A DNA stretch of 64,000 nucleotides from NCBI GenBank assembly GCA_002104905.1, contig MCFE01000200.1, positions 62,001 to 126,000 on the forward strand, written 5' to 3'. The stretch is from Basidiobolus meristosporus CBS 931.73 (Eukaryota > Fungi > Basidiobolomycota). This document shows positions 63,371 to 64,000 of this stretch, one piece after another. Both the position numbers and the translations under genes were made by a program. The notes beneath the pieces were generated by a model. That model saw only the letters and a list, made by a program, of their open reading frames with translations, was not told the DNA's origin and made no database searches. Every line of letters starts with the position of its first letter. Positions within the stretch are counted from its first letter, which is position 1.

Positions 63371-63676
63371 ACTTGATATCCTGAGTATGGACAGCAAAGT
63401 AATGTTGTTTTCCCCACTGCTTTGTACACCATGTTGATGGTAACAGTGTTAAGAAGATTTAGTATTTGGCACTCAATATAAAGCGGTGGAAAGAAAAATG
63501 GCGTAATATATACATGTAAATGTATATATAAGCATATACAGCGGCACGAGTTCAACACACATCCACAATGGTGTCCGGGGATTACTCCACCCAGGGTAAT
63601 GTACTAGTTTGAGTAAATTATGGCCCAATAATGCCCCGATATTATCCTCCGCCATGGTAGCTGAAAGAAGTAAAAA

Positions 63677-63749
63677 TGCTCCCTGCCAGGATCGAACTGG
63701 CGACCTTCAGATTATGAGACTAACGCGCTGCCAACTGCGCTAAGGAAGC
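63677..63749 (-). tRNA. tRNA-Met(CAT), elongator type
   Basis: GCTTCCTTAGCGCAG...AGTCT-CAT-AATCTGAAGGTC...GTTCGATCC; resembles yeast elongator Met, not initiator. Confidence 0.93.
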
Positions 63750-64000
63750 ATTTACAAACACAAGCGTGATAGCAATGTAATTGGAAGTATGTTGAGATAT
63801 CACGGAGATTAGTATACATGCACGCACACAACAAGTGTACTCATTCCAAGTAAATCCCATCATGGCATTGCTTTTCATAGTATGCTGCTCTGATCCACAC
63901 AAAGGCAGACAGAGAGGTATTTGTGAGACCCTTAGGCCTCCAAATAAGAAGGCTTGATATGCAAATACCTTGAATGTCCACCTCCTTTCTCAAAATATCG

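Noticed and set aside
1-64000. CRISPR arrays, rRNA genes, prokaryotic defence systems
   Set aside because: No short regularly spaced repeat-spacer array or rRNA-like sequence seen; the sequence is eukaryotic.

Overview
Eukaryotic, fungal DNA (GT-AG introns, fungal-type proteins; possibly an early-diverging lineage, which is inference only). Three zones. (1) 1-~30,900: AT-rich, CpG-depleted nested transposon field. It holds two PIF/Harbinger-like (PHIS) elements with 15-bp TIRs and 3-bp AWT TSDs, a 734-bp foldback MITE with matching termini, CACTA-like remnants, and a Ty1/Copia family with ~349-bp LTRs and a half-tRNAiMet-type PBS. (2) ~31,000-56,200: GC-richer gene island with an amino-acid transporter, an alpha-arrestin, IPI3 and a class-III (GABA-type) aminotransferase. 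These are followed by SEVEN near-identical ATP-dependent PEP carboxykinase (PCK1) genes: five tandem on +, then RPL2, then two on - (one with a 1-bp frameshift). (3) 57,500-64,000: another Copia copy with an intact TSD, just upstream of four tRNA genes. The most unusual item is the PCK1 array: homogenised coding cores, divergent termini and promoters, and an inverted arrangement enclosing a ribosomal protein gene. All alignments and coordinates were made by eye; no database searches were run.
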